Source of the DNA: Octopus sinensis | Lineage: Eukaryota | Direction: 5' to 3' | NCBI RefSeq assembly: GCF_006345805.1 | Contig: NC_043006.1 | Location: 84,072,001 to 84,136,000, forward strand | Length of the DNA stretch: 64,000 nucleotides | Shown here: in pieces, positions 11,727-25,661 of the stretch | Layout: every line of letters starts with the position of its first letter | How positions within the stretch are numbered: position 1 is the first letter of the stretch | Notes under the pieces: generated by a model | The model's database searches: none | Seen by the model: only the letters and a program-made list of their open reading frames with translations | What the model was told of the DNA's origin: nothing | Program-made: the position numbers and the translations under genes

Positions 11727-12165
11727 ACATACAGAATTGTCAATGACTTAAAGTGGATGGAACTTGTGGAAGGAATTCCAGGAAGACATGGGATGGAGTA
11801 TTGAAGGCCAATCTGAAGACACTGTGTGTTATGAAGGAAATGACGAAAGACTGGGATATTTGGTGCTGTGCTGTACTCGAGAAGACCTACCCACCACAGC
11901 AGAATTGGTGCAGGAGCTGGTGTCGCATAAAGAGCACTGGTGCTGGTGCCACATTAAAAGCACTGGTGCTGGTGCCACATTAAAAATAGCCAGTACACTC
12001 TGTAGAGTGGTTGGTGTTGGGAAGGGTGTCTAGCCATAGAAACCATGCCAGAACAGACAATGGAGCGTGGTGTGGCCCACCCCCAACTCCCAGACATACC
12101 AGATCTGGTTAAACTGTCCAACCCATGCCAGCATGGAAAATGGATGTTAAGTGATGATGATGAGC
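11727..12165 (+). mobile_element. 5'-truncated RTE LINE
   Basis: DGTCGRNSRKTWDGVLKANLKTL, then 3' UTR with ~27-bp tandem units and a GATGAT tail. Confidence 0.75.
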
Positions 12166-14083
12166 ATAGGCTTCCATATAGTTTTTGTCTACAAAATTCA
12201 AGAGATAGGGGGAGATATACAGGGAGAGAGAGGGGGGGAGACATACAGAGAGAGAGAAAGAGAGGGGTGACATATAGAAACAGAGAGAGAGAGAAAGATA
12301 TACAGAGAGGGAGGGGGACTTACACAAGGATACAGGGACATACAAAGAGAGAGACAGTGAAAGGAGCATACAGAGAGAGAGGGACATAAAGAGAGAGAGA
12401 TAGGTGACATTCAGAGTGGGAAAGAGAGAGAGGAGAGAAAAAAACTAGATTAAAAGCAATTTTTTTAGTTTCTCAGATGGAGTTCATTAGCCAGAATTTC
12501 TTATCTGAGAAAAAAAATTTCTTTGTGGTTTGTTTGTTTCTAATTATCTTTTTCTTCTGTGTTACATAATTATCAAAGAAATGTGAAACCATGACTGTCA
12601 ATTCCTTTCAACATCATCTAGGTGACCTCATATTTACGTTGTCTTTCAGTTGGTTCCTGACAAAATGAAGTGTGTCATTAGTAAGCCGAAGTTAGAAGTG
12701 CAGATTGTCAGAAATGGAATGAACTGTTTTTAAAATACCTTTGTGTATTTAGATATGTTCTTTTGACAAGTCTGTTTTTAAGGGCCATAAAATAAATACT
12801 TCAGCTCCTGACAGTTGCTAAGAGTCTATCAAGACCAAGTAAGACCCCCACAATGAAGGACTGTCCCCTATATTTGGACAGTGTGGAGGCACATGGCCTA
12901 GTGGTTAGAGCAGCAGACTCGCGGTCGAGTGATCGTGGGTTCGAATCTCAGACCGGGCGATGTGTGTGTTTATGAGCGAAACACCTGAAGCTCCACGCGG
13001 CTCCAGTAGAAGGTAATGGTGAACTTCTGCTGACTCTTTCGGCACAACTTTCTCTCACTCTTCCCTCCTGCATCTTGCAGCTCACCTGTGACGGACTGGT
13101 GTCCCGTCCAGGTGGGGAACCTATATGCCAAGGAAACCGGGAAACTGGCCCTATGAGCCTGGCATGGCTTGAGAGGGACAAACATTTGGACAGTATTGCT
13201 GCTACACATATTTCCACATTGTGTATCAAAGTGAATGACTGGGTCTAATTGACAAGTCTATATTTTTGTTTTTTTATTATTTTGTTATTTTATTTGTTTC
13301 ACTCATTAGACTGTGACCGTGCTGGAGCACTGCCTTGAAGAATCAACCTCAATGCTTTTTTTAAGCCTGGTACTTGTTCTGTTGGTCTCTTTTGCTGAAC
13401 CACTAAGTTATGGGGATGTAAACACACCAACACCAGTTGTCAAGCAGTGGTGAGGGACAGACAACACACACACACGAGTTTATACAACAGCTTCTTTCAG
13501 TTTCAGTCTTCAAAATCCTATCACAAGGCTTTTGTCTGCCTAAGGTGTCACACAGTGGGACTGAACCCAGAACCATGTTGTTGGGAAGCAAACTTCTTAC
13601 CACACAGCCATGCCTGCACCTATTTCCAGATATTCTATACATCCACCTTTTGGAGAACCATCACATGTACATTTTATAAGACATCCCCCACCACACAAAA
13701 ACTACCTGACTATTTGGCAGGGCATGGAGCTGCTTACTAACACACTTCAACCATGCATTTTATGTCATTACTACCTTTGTCCCTTGAAGGTGGTTGGTCT
13801 CATGTTACCTCTACTCAGGTCCATCCAAGTAATTTTCTTAACTCTCCTCCTCTCCATCATCAATATTGTGACTACTATCCTCTTCTTACTATTATGGCAA
13901 CTGTCACAGCCTGAACTAGCCACCAAGCCCAATCTTTCTCCTAAGGAGAATTACAGCCATCTGTAATTTACACATTACCCTTGTATTTTTCTTACGGTTG
14001 GTGACTTGTGGGTAGTCAAGAAAGTCAAATGCCACTTTCTCAGCAGGCCTGCAAAAGTTGTGGCCACACAGATCTTCTTGCCA

Positions 14084-14495
14084 AAGGCGGCAAGCTCGCA
14101 GAAACGTTAGCACACCGGACGAAATGCTTAGCGGTATTTCGTCTGCCTTTAGGTTCTGAGTTCAAATTCCGCCGAGGTCAACTTTGCCTTTCATCCTTTC
14201 GGGGTCAATTAAATAAGTACCAGTTACACACTGGGGTCAATATAATCGACTTAATCTGTTTATCTGTCCTTGTTTGTTCTCTCTGTGTTTAGCCCCCTGT
14301 GGGTAGTAAAGAAATAGGTATTTCATCTGCTGTTATGTTCTGAGTTCAAATTCCGCCGAGGTCAACTTTTCCTTTCATCCTTTCGGGGTCGATTAAATAA
14401 GTGCCAGTTATGCACTGGAGTCAATGTAATCGACTTAATCCCTTTGTCTGTCCTTGTTTGTCCCCTCTGTGTTTATCTCCTTTTGGGCAATAAAA
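14084..14495 (+). mobile_element. Two tandem copies of SINE family C
   Basis: GGCGGCAAGCTCGCAGAAACGTTAG...GAGTTCAAATTCC...TTTGCCTTTCATCCTTTCGGGGTC. Other copies at 22915-23140(+), 29225-29450(-), 35822-36052(+) and 45365-45568(+). Confidence 0.8.
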
Positions 14496-15559
14496 AAATA
14501 TGATCTCGCCAAAACAAACTATTAACAAAAAGAAAGAAAAAGTGACATCTTTCCAAAATCTATTGGGGTCAATAGACTTGATTCATTATTCTGTTTAACA
14601 CAACAACCACTGCCACCACCATTATGACCACCTCCACTGTCACCACTGCCATTGCCACCACTACCACTATCTGATCCTTTGGCACTTTTGTAGCTAGCAT
14701 TTAGTCCAGGTCTTCCAGTAAGAGAACAACGTCTTCCTTTTTTCCTTCTATGATTCTTGGAGGTCTTTAAAAAATGGTCATAGATGTTTCCCCACTTCTT
14801 CTGATTAAGTCATAAAAAAAGTTTAAAAAAAAGAAAAAGCAATGCTTTCATAGAAATTCCCTTTCTGGTGGGAACTCTGTCTCTTCAAGAAAAAGCTATT
14901 ACTGTTCTTGTTTAACCCCTAGTTACCCCTCAATTGATCAGACGTGATAAATCAGGTGTTCCAACCATAGCTACCACATCTATTTTTTTTCCCTTCAGCC
15001 ATAATATATCAAGGACCACAGAACACAATCCAGTGTATCATTTCTTGTGCTGGCAGTTTGTGATTTAAGTAGTTTTGGTTGCTGTTTTTAGCAGACTAAG
15101 CAATCACGGAGAAAGCATAATCTTGCAATTGTGAGTACAATACCCTAACAGAGAAGCTTTTTCATTGGTTCATCATGAAAATGAGTTGCATCTGCAGCAG
15201 AGTACTGCCTCACACTCAATGACCCCAAATGGCATAGCTATGCAGGGGAAAACCATCATACTGTCTAATCTTTGGTCTTTCATCATTCCTGGGTTAGCTT
15301 TTGTCAGGATCACTCTTTACACCTTATCAGTTTCCAAGAAAATTTTAAGGGATTTTCATATCTAAATAGAGCAAAGTCCAGAATCTAATGAAATTTGTAA
15401 GGTTGTTAACCGTCTTGGGACTCCCAGGATGATTGACTGGCCCAAATGATACAAGCCGAAAGGACTTTGAGGCCAATTCATTGGCACAATGAAACAAATG
15501 TTTTGAAGTATAATAGCCAATCAGGGATCATCTTTCAAATTATATAATATAAAACTATA

Positions 15560-15803
15560 TCTATTATATAAAATCCGTTCTGTCTGTGTGTGTGTCTTCT
15601 AGGATCTCGGGCATCCTCCATCCGATTGAGCTCAAATTTGATATGTAGATACCTACGATATCAGAGCATGTATAAGTCATGAAAAAATTACAAAAATCAA
15701 TTCCAAGTGAGAATGCGATCAATAAAGCCATGGGAATGTGCATTTGTATGCTCAAGTACATTAGCACCGTCCATTGGACGTGGGGGGGGGGGGCTTTTGC
15801 TCG
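15560..15803 (+). mobile_element. Probable non-autonomous Helitron
   Basis: 5' A|TCTATTATATAAAA, subterminal hairpin CGTCCA-T-TGGACG, 3' CTCG|T (CTAG-like), no TSD. Confidence 0.45.
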
Positions 15804-18163
15804 TAATATATATTGTTTTACATATTAATAAATTAGTTTTAGACACTTTGTCCCTTGTTTTCTACCTGCACCCAAAATTTTAAATCTCAACAGGAAAAAC
15901 ATGGCTAAACATGTGTCTCAAAAGGGTTAATGGTCAACTGTTAAACCAAGAAGAATTTATAGAATATCAATAAGTATGATTACTGTAAAAGTTGTTAGGT
16001 TTTTGTCTTTCAATAGAGAGTAGAGAAAAATGAAGGTGTTGTTGATCTGGTTGTTGGCAATGAAATTCATTTGTTTGTTTTTCTATGGTGGTGATTTAAT
16101 TTGTGTTCCCCCATGTTTGTGGTTTACAAAAACAAATAAATAAAATTAAATGTGTGTCACTAGTCAGAAGTAATCTTATAATTTGGATACAGAGTAACAG
16201 ACCTGGAGCATTGTAGCTATGACATTGATGAGATCATGAATGGCAATGAAATGATTGATTGCGCGATCAAACTATTACTCAAGCAATCAATTAGCTAATT
16301 GGTAAATTAGTTAGCGAATTGACTAATACTCTTTACTCTTTTACTTGTTTCAGTCATTTGAAGCATTTATAGCACCGCCTTTAGTTGAGCAAATTGACCC
16401 CAGGACTTATTCTTTATAAGCCTAGTACTTATTCTATCAATCTCTTTTGCCAAACCGCTAAGTTACAGGGATGTAAACACACCAGCATCGGTTGTCAAGC
16501 GATGTTGGGGGGACAAACGCAGACACACAAACACACACACATATATATATACATATACATAAATATACGACGGGCTTCTTTCCAGTTTCCGTCTACCAAA
16601 TCCACTCACAAGGCTTTGGTCAGCCCAAGGCTATAGCAGAAGACACTTGCCCAAGTTGCCACGCAGTGGGACTGAACCCGGAACCATGTGGTTGGTAAGC
16701 AAGCTACTTACCACACTCCTGTGCCTATAATGTTAATAAAATGAAATGAAATAAAACTGACTCTCTTAAAGTATAATATCTGTTTCAGCACATGATTTCA
16801 CCTCAAGAATCTTAGAAAGCACTGAAAATAAATCCTGCTTGTCCTTATATATTACAAACAGCAGCTGGCTCCGTCTGTGGCAGAACCATAAGACTTGTAT
16901 TAAAATCCTGATTGCCTTAGCTGGAGTTTATTGACAGGTTCTTTTTTTTTTTTTTTCCTTCAACCAAATCAGAATCTCAGATACAGCTGTGTTCTAACTG
17001 CCATCTGCTTAGGCATTAAAGTCAACTTTATAAGTCTAAGTGAGCCCATTTCTGTTTAATTATTATTTCAACATTGTAATTTTTGATCTTCACTTTGAAA
17101 TTTTATCCTTATCTAGAAATACATAATTCTTTTGACAAAGCTCTCGAGGTAATTATATTAATTGTAGCCATTTATCTTCAGAAAATATTTTCTTTTTTTC
17201 TGATGATTTATGTTTTATTTCACTTTCCAAGACAACCGAACCAATCTATTGAGTTACCGTTTTTATATTAGCACCAAGTACTGATCTTTATCTGTTGTCT
17301 CAGTCATTGAACTGTGGCCATGCTACGGTACTGCCTTGAATAGATTTTAGTTGAATGAATCAACCCTGGGACTTATTCTTTTAGGTTCTCTTACCAAACT
17401 GCTAAGTTACGGGGACGTAAACACAACAACATCGATTGTCAAGTGATGTTGGGAGGACAAACACACATACATATGTATATATATATATGACCGGCTTCTG
17501 TCAGTTTCCATCCTACCAAATCCACTCACAAAGCTTTGGTCGAAGACACTTGCTCAAGGTGCCACGCAGCGGGACTGATCCCAAAACCATGTGGTTCATA
17601 AGCAAGCTACTTACCACACAGCCACTCCTATGCCTAAACAAACCAACATTAGTTATAAAACAGCAGTGGTGGTGGTGGGGGTGACAAACACAGATGTGTG
17701 CTGGGTACATTTTACATGCCAAATGCACCTGTGCTGGTAGCATGTAAAAAGCACCCAGCACACACTGTTAAGTGGTTGGCATTAGGAAGGGCATCCAGTT
17801 GTAGAAACCATGCCTCAACAAACAGCAAATCCACTACCAAATCCACTCAAGGCTTTGGTCAGCCCGAGGCTATAGTAGAAGACACTTGCCGAAGGTGCCA
17901 CACAGTGGGACTGAACCCAGAACCATGTGGTTGGTAAGCAAGCTACTTACCACACAGCCAACCCCTTCCCCAAAATTGCTGGCCTTGCGCCAAAATTTGA
18001 TGCCAATATTTCTGGCTTGTCAAGGCAGTGAGCTTTAGAATCATGTCAATGTAACTGACTTACCCCCAACTCGAAATTGCTGGCCATGTGCCAAAATTTG
18101 AAACCAATGTTAAGTGAAATAAAACAATGTATTTCAACAGAAATATAGTAACAAAAGGCTTAA

Positions 18164-19051
18164 CCCTTTAGCATTTAAACCAGCTGTATCTGACCAAAAT
18201 ATTCTATTTGTGTTATGTTCAAACTGGCCAGATTTAGCCTCTCACACTTACCCTACAATGTCATAGAAAAAGTATGCAATCCTATAATCTAAATTTCAAA
18301 GCTACAAGATAATGCATGATTAACTCAACTTTTGACAGAGCTTTCCAACCTGTGGGCTTATGTCGAACGACTGCTGTCACGTGTGGGATGAGTCGGTATA
18401 TCAGCCAAGTCTATCGTCAATATCGTCACGCCTCCTTCCTTCAAACCGGAAGGAAGAGCTATTTTCATCATACTTGTAGCTATGGCGAAAGAATGTATCT
18501 GGTGGATGCGTCTGAAAGGATTGGAGACAAACACTCTCCTCTCTGGTCAATCTCTCATCAACTTCTTCATGTATCCCTTGAAAAGGAAAGTGAGAGTAGA
18601 GAGGCAAGTTTTGTCTAGCGAATGTTTCAAAAAAAGATGGATGAATGTAGCAAGGATGGCACGTATGAATGACGAAGCCACCTTGAGCATAATCCTATGA
18701 ACCCGGAAAAATTTAAAACAGAGAGTTACCTACTTGTAAACAAATGTGGTAACATGTAACATTACTGACCGAGGTTACCGTGGTCTTTTCCGTAGGCTTT
18801 TCTTTCCACGGATAAACCTTAACTGCTTCCCCCTTTACACTTTACATCATGACATTTCTGTGATACACGACCCCTATTGATCGTTTTTTTTTCTCTCTTT
18901 TTACGATCCCTTTTGATTGAAAACCTACCCCCCTTTCTATTTTTTCTTTTTGTTTTCTTTTCTTTTCTTTTTTCTCCCCAAAAAGAAAAGCTCTACTTTG
19001 TAATTTGTCCCCTGTGTGGCTAATAAAGAAACATATCTGAATGCTAAAGGG
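18164..19051. mobile_element. TTAA-flanked MITE (CCCTTT...AAAGGG ends) split by a LINE insertion
   Basis: TTAA at 18160-18163 and 19052-19055; the body matches the copies at 54390-55352. Confidence 0.7.
18342..19035 (+). mobile_element. 5'-truncated Tx1/L1-clade LINE (ORF2 C-terminus and 3' UTR)
   Basis: AMAKECIWWMRLKG...LINFFMYPLKRKVRVER...RWMNVARM; AATAAA at the 3' end; homologous to 49860-50315. Confidence 0.75.
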
Positions 19052-19661
19052 TTAATCCTTCTTATCACAAATATTTATCTGACGTGATGACAAGTTGACA
19101 GAAATAAGGCGGGGTATGGAATTAAATGCTTTACAGTAATTTATATCGGCCTTCTTTACATTGCTAGATCAAATTCCATAGCAGTTAGAGTTTATCTTTT
19201 TAGCCATCTGCAACCAATAAAATAAATACCTGTTCTTATTGTTTGTTTCCACATAGGTTCTGATCAAGAACCTATGATAAGACATTTTTTTTTTCTAGTG
19301 GCTGTGTGGTAAGAAGTTTGCTTCCTAACCACTTGGTTCTGGGTTCAGTCCCACTGTGTGTTACCTTGGGCAAATATCTTGTACTATAGCCTTCTGAGTC
19401 GGACCATACAAAGGCTCTCTTGGGGTCAGTTTTTCTATTTCTTCTATAAGAATTGTCTTTGCGCTTTTGTTTTTTACTTGTTTCAGTCATTTGACTGTGG
19501 CCATACCGGAGCACCACCTTTAGTCAAGCAATTCGACCCCAGGACTTATTCTTTGTAAACCTAGTACTTAGTCTATCGGTCTTTTTTGCCGAACCGCTCA
19601 GTTACGGTGATGTAAACACACCAGTATCTGTTGTCAAGCGATGTTGGGGGGACAAACACAG

Positions 19662-19692
<31 letters not shown>

Positions 19693-21246
19693 CATATATA
19701 CAATGGGCTGCTTTCAGTTTCCGTCTGCCAAATCCACTGACAAGGCTTTGGTCGGCCCGAGGCTATAGTAGAAGACACTTGCTGAAGGTGCCACGTAGTG
19801 GGACTGAACCCGGAACCATGTGTTTGGTAAACAAGCTACTTACCACACAGCCACTCCTGCGCTTTGTCCAAAGAAAACAATATTGTCCCTGTTCCATTCA
19901 TTGAAGTAATCCATTTTTCTTTTTTTCTTTCAGATATTTCAATTGCACAAAAGAAGAAAGAAAATTCTTGACCGTTTCTCTTCAGAATTCTTGTATCAAA
20001 TAACAATCTGCTTCCTGCAAATAATTGTTGGTTAATGTGTGCCATTCGAGTGCAGTAGACAAAATTGCTATGATGCAGCACCACCACATTTGGATAGCAG
20101 ACAATGGATAAACTATGTCAGTTGAGTTTGCAAATGGTTCACAATCCTACCCTACTCTTCTAATCATGTTACATCTGAAATAATTTAGTGCTGTTGTTTA
20201 CAAGTATTCAAGCTAGCAATCTATTTCACTTCAACAGTTGTGGGTGGACTCCTTCAAAGTTCATCATTTGTATATATACATAAATATTTTGTGTCTACCT
20301 TAATTTATGTTCTTCTGTCATCGTAAATTATAGTAACAAGCTGACATTTTTTACATTTTTTTTATTATTTATTACCTTCTCCAATGTTTTTTTTTTTTTT
20401 ATTAAAACCTCTTTTACAAAAGGTTTAGCAAATACTCTATTTTATTTATAACTTATTCTATTTAGAATTAAAAATAAAAAAAAATATTCTTCAACTGCTC
20501 ATTAAATAAAGCACTTGAAAGTAAGTTTGCAAATCAAAAGAAACAAAACAAAACAAATAGTCTCTCTCTCTCTCTTTCTCTCTGCTTGTCTGTGCAATAA
20601 ACAAAATTGATCTCAATAAAATCTGGAAACATAACTCCTACTTAAATACGCCTATGTTACTACCCCAGGATTTTAACGAGATATTTTATGATTGATCAAA
20701 CTCACAAAGCTATTTCAAACAACTGATTCAGTATCCTAAAAATCCCGTCGATACATCATTACAAAGAACAAAACTAAATCTATTTATTTATATATGTGTT
20801 TTATCAATTCCCTTGAACATTTAAAGAACAGTATTATCTTTTTTTTTTTCATAATATTTTAAATTTTCAACTATTTATAATCAATTCCCCAGTTTATTTT
20901 TCAAGCTTATTTTCAAGTTTATACTAGTAGTTTGTTAATTATATTTTCTTTGCAAATTAACAAGCAGGCTTATTAATTTCTCATTGTCAGTTTATTTGAC
21001 AGACAGCACTTCATTAAAATTCATACAACTGTTGTGAATATTTTCCTCTTCCCTTCTAAAACTGGCAGATTTAACTGGACAACAGACATAGTCATTGTGC
21101 AATAATAATTGAGATTCTAGCTTGTTTTGTAAACGCCACCACCATCACCACTGTCATCATTGTCATAGCTTCCCCACCATTAGAAGCCACAGAACTACCA
21201 TAATCATCGTATAGAGAAGAACCTTTAATTTATTATTACCTTCATC

Positions 21247-21556
21247 ATGGAAGAAGCCAATTCAGTATTCACCCAATACGTCGACGTGGGCAAGATAACC
21301 GATTTCAATACCAAAGTCAACTCCTTAACGGCTAATCAGTCTTCGTCGCCCATCCGAATGCCAAGTTCTTCTGAAGAGGAACTGCGACAGTTGCTTAACT
21401 TGCGGGACAGAAAACCTCTGAAATTATTTCTCAGGTCAAATCATTGGCCAGTTGACCACCCTTTACGAAAGACCCTCTGGCCACTTCTCTGCTCAAACTT
21501 ACACAAGACGCACAGCAGCATTTATGAGGAAATGAAAGAACAGTTGTTTGGAAACG
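21247..21556 (+). CDS. TBC1D24: TBC1D24/sky coding exon 1 (MEEANSVF...KEQLFGN-G)
   Basis: ATG at 21247 with an in-frame upstream TAA at 21226-21228; donor G|GTAAGT at 21557; N-terminal TBC motif. Confidence 0.92.
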
Positions 21557-21609
21557 GTAAGTACCAAAAAGACAATTCTTTGCAGTTGGTGCTTTATACT
21601 TCTACCATT

Positions 21610-21956
21610 TGAGTTAACACTTTCTTTCTCTTTTTCTCTAATTCTTCTTTCTCTCTCTCTCTATTCTCATTTTCTTCTCTCTCTCTCTCTCTCTCTTCTC
21701 ATTTTCTTCTCTCCCTCTCTTCTCATTTTCTCTCTCTCTCCTACTCCTCTTTCTATCTTTCTCACCTCTCTTCCTCTCACACAATCACTCTTTCAACTAC
21801 ACCTCTCTTTCTCTCATGTTCTCCCATTTCTCTCTTATATACACTTGACTCTCACTTCTTACCCTCTCTCTCTCCCTTACTTATTCTCCTCTCTCTTTGT
21901 CACTTCATTTTCCCATCCATACACCTCTCTTTCTCACCTCTTATGCCCTCTCTCTT
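21610..21956. repeat. Degenerate (CT)n polypyrimidine tract at the start of intron 1
   Basis: ~350 bp of almost pure C/T. Confidence 0.9.
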
Positions 21957-24810
21957 AACCAAAAGATATATTACTCCCAATGACAATATCTAAGATGTTA
22001 TATGGAAATGACAAAAAGAGAATGCAGAAATCCCGCTGAAAGGTCTGCTAATATTTACTTTAGTTCCTTTCACATTGCACTTCAAATCCTACAAGGGTCC
22101 ATGTTTAGTACTTCACCCCACCAGGACACTAAGATCAATAAAATAACCCCACCACCATCACCACCAATACTGGGGTCGATTCACTACATGCTTCCTCTCT
22201 CCTTTCTTAAATATTTATCGCCCTGTACCTATGCGAGACATTTGTATTTTCACAAAATGTTTAAACACAAATAAGTGGATGAGATCCAGAGTGTCGTATG
22301 ACAAATTGTAATTTACCAGAATGCTTGTATATAAGTGAGAATGTGTGTGAGTGTGTAACGGTGCATAGCTCAGTGGTTAGAGTATCAGACTCACAATCAC
22401 GAGGTAATATTTCCCCATGACCAGACATGCTTTTGCAACATACTGGAAATGAATGACACGGCTGTTAATGAGGTCACTGTCATACAAGCAATCATGCAAT
22501 GTCAAAGCAAGAAGGCACAAACATACGTGCATTCACGCATGTATTTATGCATACATATTCAACAGGCTTCTTGCAATTTCCATCTACCAAGTTCACTCAC
22601 AAGGCTTTGGTTGGTCCAGGGCTTTAGTAGAAGACATTTGCTCTAAGTGCCACACAGTGGGTCTGAATCTGGAACCATGTGGTTGGAAAGCAAACCTCTC
22701 AACCACAAAGCCATGCTTGCTCCTATGTTTCCAATTTTGTGATGGTTTCTAATTTAAGTTCAAGGCCACCAATTCTGAGGACAGGGAATTAGTCAATATC
22801 ATCAACCCAGTACTTTACTGGTAATTTATTTTATTATTCCTAGCGGGATGAAAGGCAAAGTTGACTTCAGTGAGAATTGAACTCAGAAGGCGTGGCTGTA
22901 TGGTAAGAAGCCTCCTTCGGCGAGCTGGCAGAAACGTTAGCATGCCGGGCAAAATGCTTAGCACTATTTTGTCTGCCATTACGTTCTGAGTTCAAATTTC
23001 GCTGAGGTGACTGCCTTTCATCCCTTCGGGGTTCATAAATTAAGTACCAGTTACGCACTGGGGTTGATGTAATCAACTTAATCCGTTTGTCTGTCCTTGT
23101 TTGTCTCCTCTGCGTTTAGCCTCTTGTGGGTAGTAAAGAAGTAAGAAGCCTCCTTCCCAACCACATAGTTCCTGGTTCAGTCCCACTGCATGGCACCTTA
23201 AGTGTCTTCTACTACAGCCTTGTGCTGATCAAAGTCTTGTGAGAGGATTTGGTAGATGAAAACTGATAGAAGCCCATCGTATATACATATATGTATATGT
23301 ATTTATGTATATGTGTGTGTCCGTGTTCCCCCACAATCAGTTGACAACTGATGGTGGTGTGTTTATGTCCCCATAACCTGGTGGTTTGGCAAAAGAGACC
23401 AATAGAATAAGTACTAGGCTTACAAAGGCCTGTAGTTGATTTCTTTAGCTAAAAAATCCTTTAAGGCAGTGCTCCAGCATGGCTGCAGTCAAATGACTGA
23501 AACGTGTAAAAGAAGAAATTGGCATAAATATTGCAAGGCATATTTGTTTTACTCCAACAACTCTGTCACAAAGTCCCTTATGGAATTATAATAATAACGC
23601 TCTGATGCAATACCAGGTAGTGGATTTCAATTCTCTGATGCAATAAGAGGCAGTGGGTCCCATGGATTCTGATTTTAGCCGGTTGAAATGCAAAAGGCTT
23701 AAACAACTTTGCATATATTTTCTCTCTCTCTCTCATATCATCATCATTTTTTAACGTCCGTTTTCTATGCTAGCATGGGTTGGACGGTTCAACTGGGGTC
23801 TGGGAAGCCAGGAGGCTGCACCAGGCTCCAGTCTGATATGGCAGTGTTTCTACAGCTGGATGCCCTTCCTTATGACAACCACTCCATTAGTGTAGTGGGT
23901 GCTTTCTATGTGCCACCTTCACAGGGGCCAGAGGAGGCTGGCAACGTCCACGGTCAGTTGATGCTTTTTACGTGCCACCGGCACAGAAATATATATATAT
24001 GATAACATTGAAACATTTTAATTTAATTTTGATTCGTCAACATTGAAACTTATAATGATGTTTTTCAAATTTTACACTTTTACCATTGATAAACAGAAAA
24101 TATTGTTGAAACTAGTTTGGTACATATGGAAATAAATGTATTTTAAACATTTATGAGTTTTTGAAATTTAAGTGCATTTTCAGCAACACATTTTCCTATA
24201 TATTTTTTTCCTGCGAGGAAACACCACTCCCTCTTTTACTATGTGTGTGTGTATATATATATATATATACACTGTTGTGTCTGGGAAGAGTCATTCTCTT
24301 TTAGTGCCTTATGATTTAACACACTCACTGGTAAAATTTCCACTCATTTACTTATTTATTCTTCTAAACTTTTCATTGCATCTTGCAACTTCTCCAATAG
24401 TTGTTGACTCTGTCCATTATTCAAGCTGTGTTCTTTTTGTTTGTTTGTGCACATGCGTGTGGGTCATTGTGTGTGCACATACACATGTATGTATCTATGC
24501 ATGCAAGTGTGTGTATGCATGTGTGTGTGTGTGTACCTCTGTCTCCTTGTGTGTGTATATATGGGTTTTTGTGACTATGTACTGTGTCTGTATGTATGGA
24601 TGTGTATCTCCATATGTGTGGACATGTGTCTCCATGTGTCCTTGTGTGAAGTGAAGTGTGTGTGTATAAGGTTATGTGTTTTAGTCTTCATTTGCATGTG
24701 TGTATGTGTGCTTGTCTATTCATATTACTTATGTACTGATCCATCAGTATGTCTATCTGTTTACTTTCAAATCCATTTGCCTACATACATATGCATATAT
24801 ATATATATAT

Positions 24811-25068
24811 GGCCCCAGTGCCGGTGGCACGTAAAAAGCACCATCCGTCCATGGCCGTTTGCCAGCTCCGTCTGGCACCTGTGCGGGTGGCACGTAAAAA
24901 GCACCCACTACACTCACGGAGTGGTTGGCGTTAGGAAGGGCATCCAGCCGTAGAAACACTGCCAGATCAGACTGGGCCTGATGCAGCCTTCTGGCTTCAC
25001 AGACCCCAGTTGAACTGTCCAACTCATGCTAGCATGGAAAGCGGACGCTAAATGATGATGATGATGAT
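24811..25068 (+). mobile_element. RTE 3' tail copy (young); inverted relative to 33470-33722
   Basis: About 5 mismatches in ~255 bp against the reverse complement of 33470-33722. Confidence 0.85.
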
Positions 25069-25069
25069 A

Positions 25070-25100
<31 letters not shown>

Positions 25101-25607
25101 AACACATACATACATCTGCATAACAGCCCACTGACTATTCTACCTGCATATAAATATAAACTGTAGGTATGGGAGTATGATTACTACGTATATTTCCTAT
25201 TTAGTACTGGGGATGTTTCATGTATAAGGATGTACTCCTGTAAACAGATAAACAGTTAAAAATAAATAAGTAAACAAGTGGTAATTTTACCTGTGTGTTA
25301 AATTATAAGGCACTAAAAGAGAATGACTCTCCCCAGACACAACAGAATATGCTTCAACACATGAACTCACATAAAAAATCTTTCAAACCAAATCCAAAAA
25401 CAGTTGGCGATTTTTTTTTCCTCCATCTTCCCTTCCTTGGATCTTTCCTTTTTCTGTTTCTGATGAAGAGCTCCGCTTGAAACATTAAATCCTCCTTCTT
25501 TCTTTCTTTTCCTGAGCATCCAATAACACTAAACGTCTTCCACGTCCTCGCGTTGTTGTGTTTTCATGTTTGGATTAACCATATATATATATATATATAT
25601 ACATACA

Positions 25608-25661
<54 letters not shown>

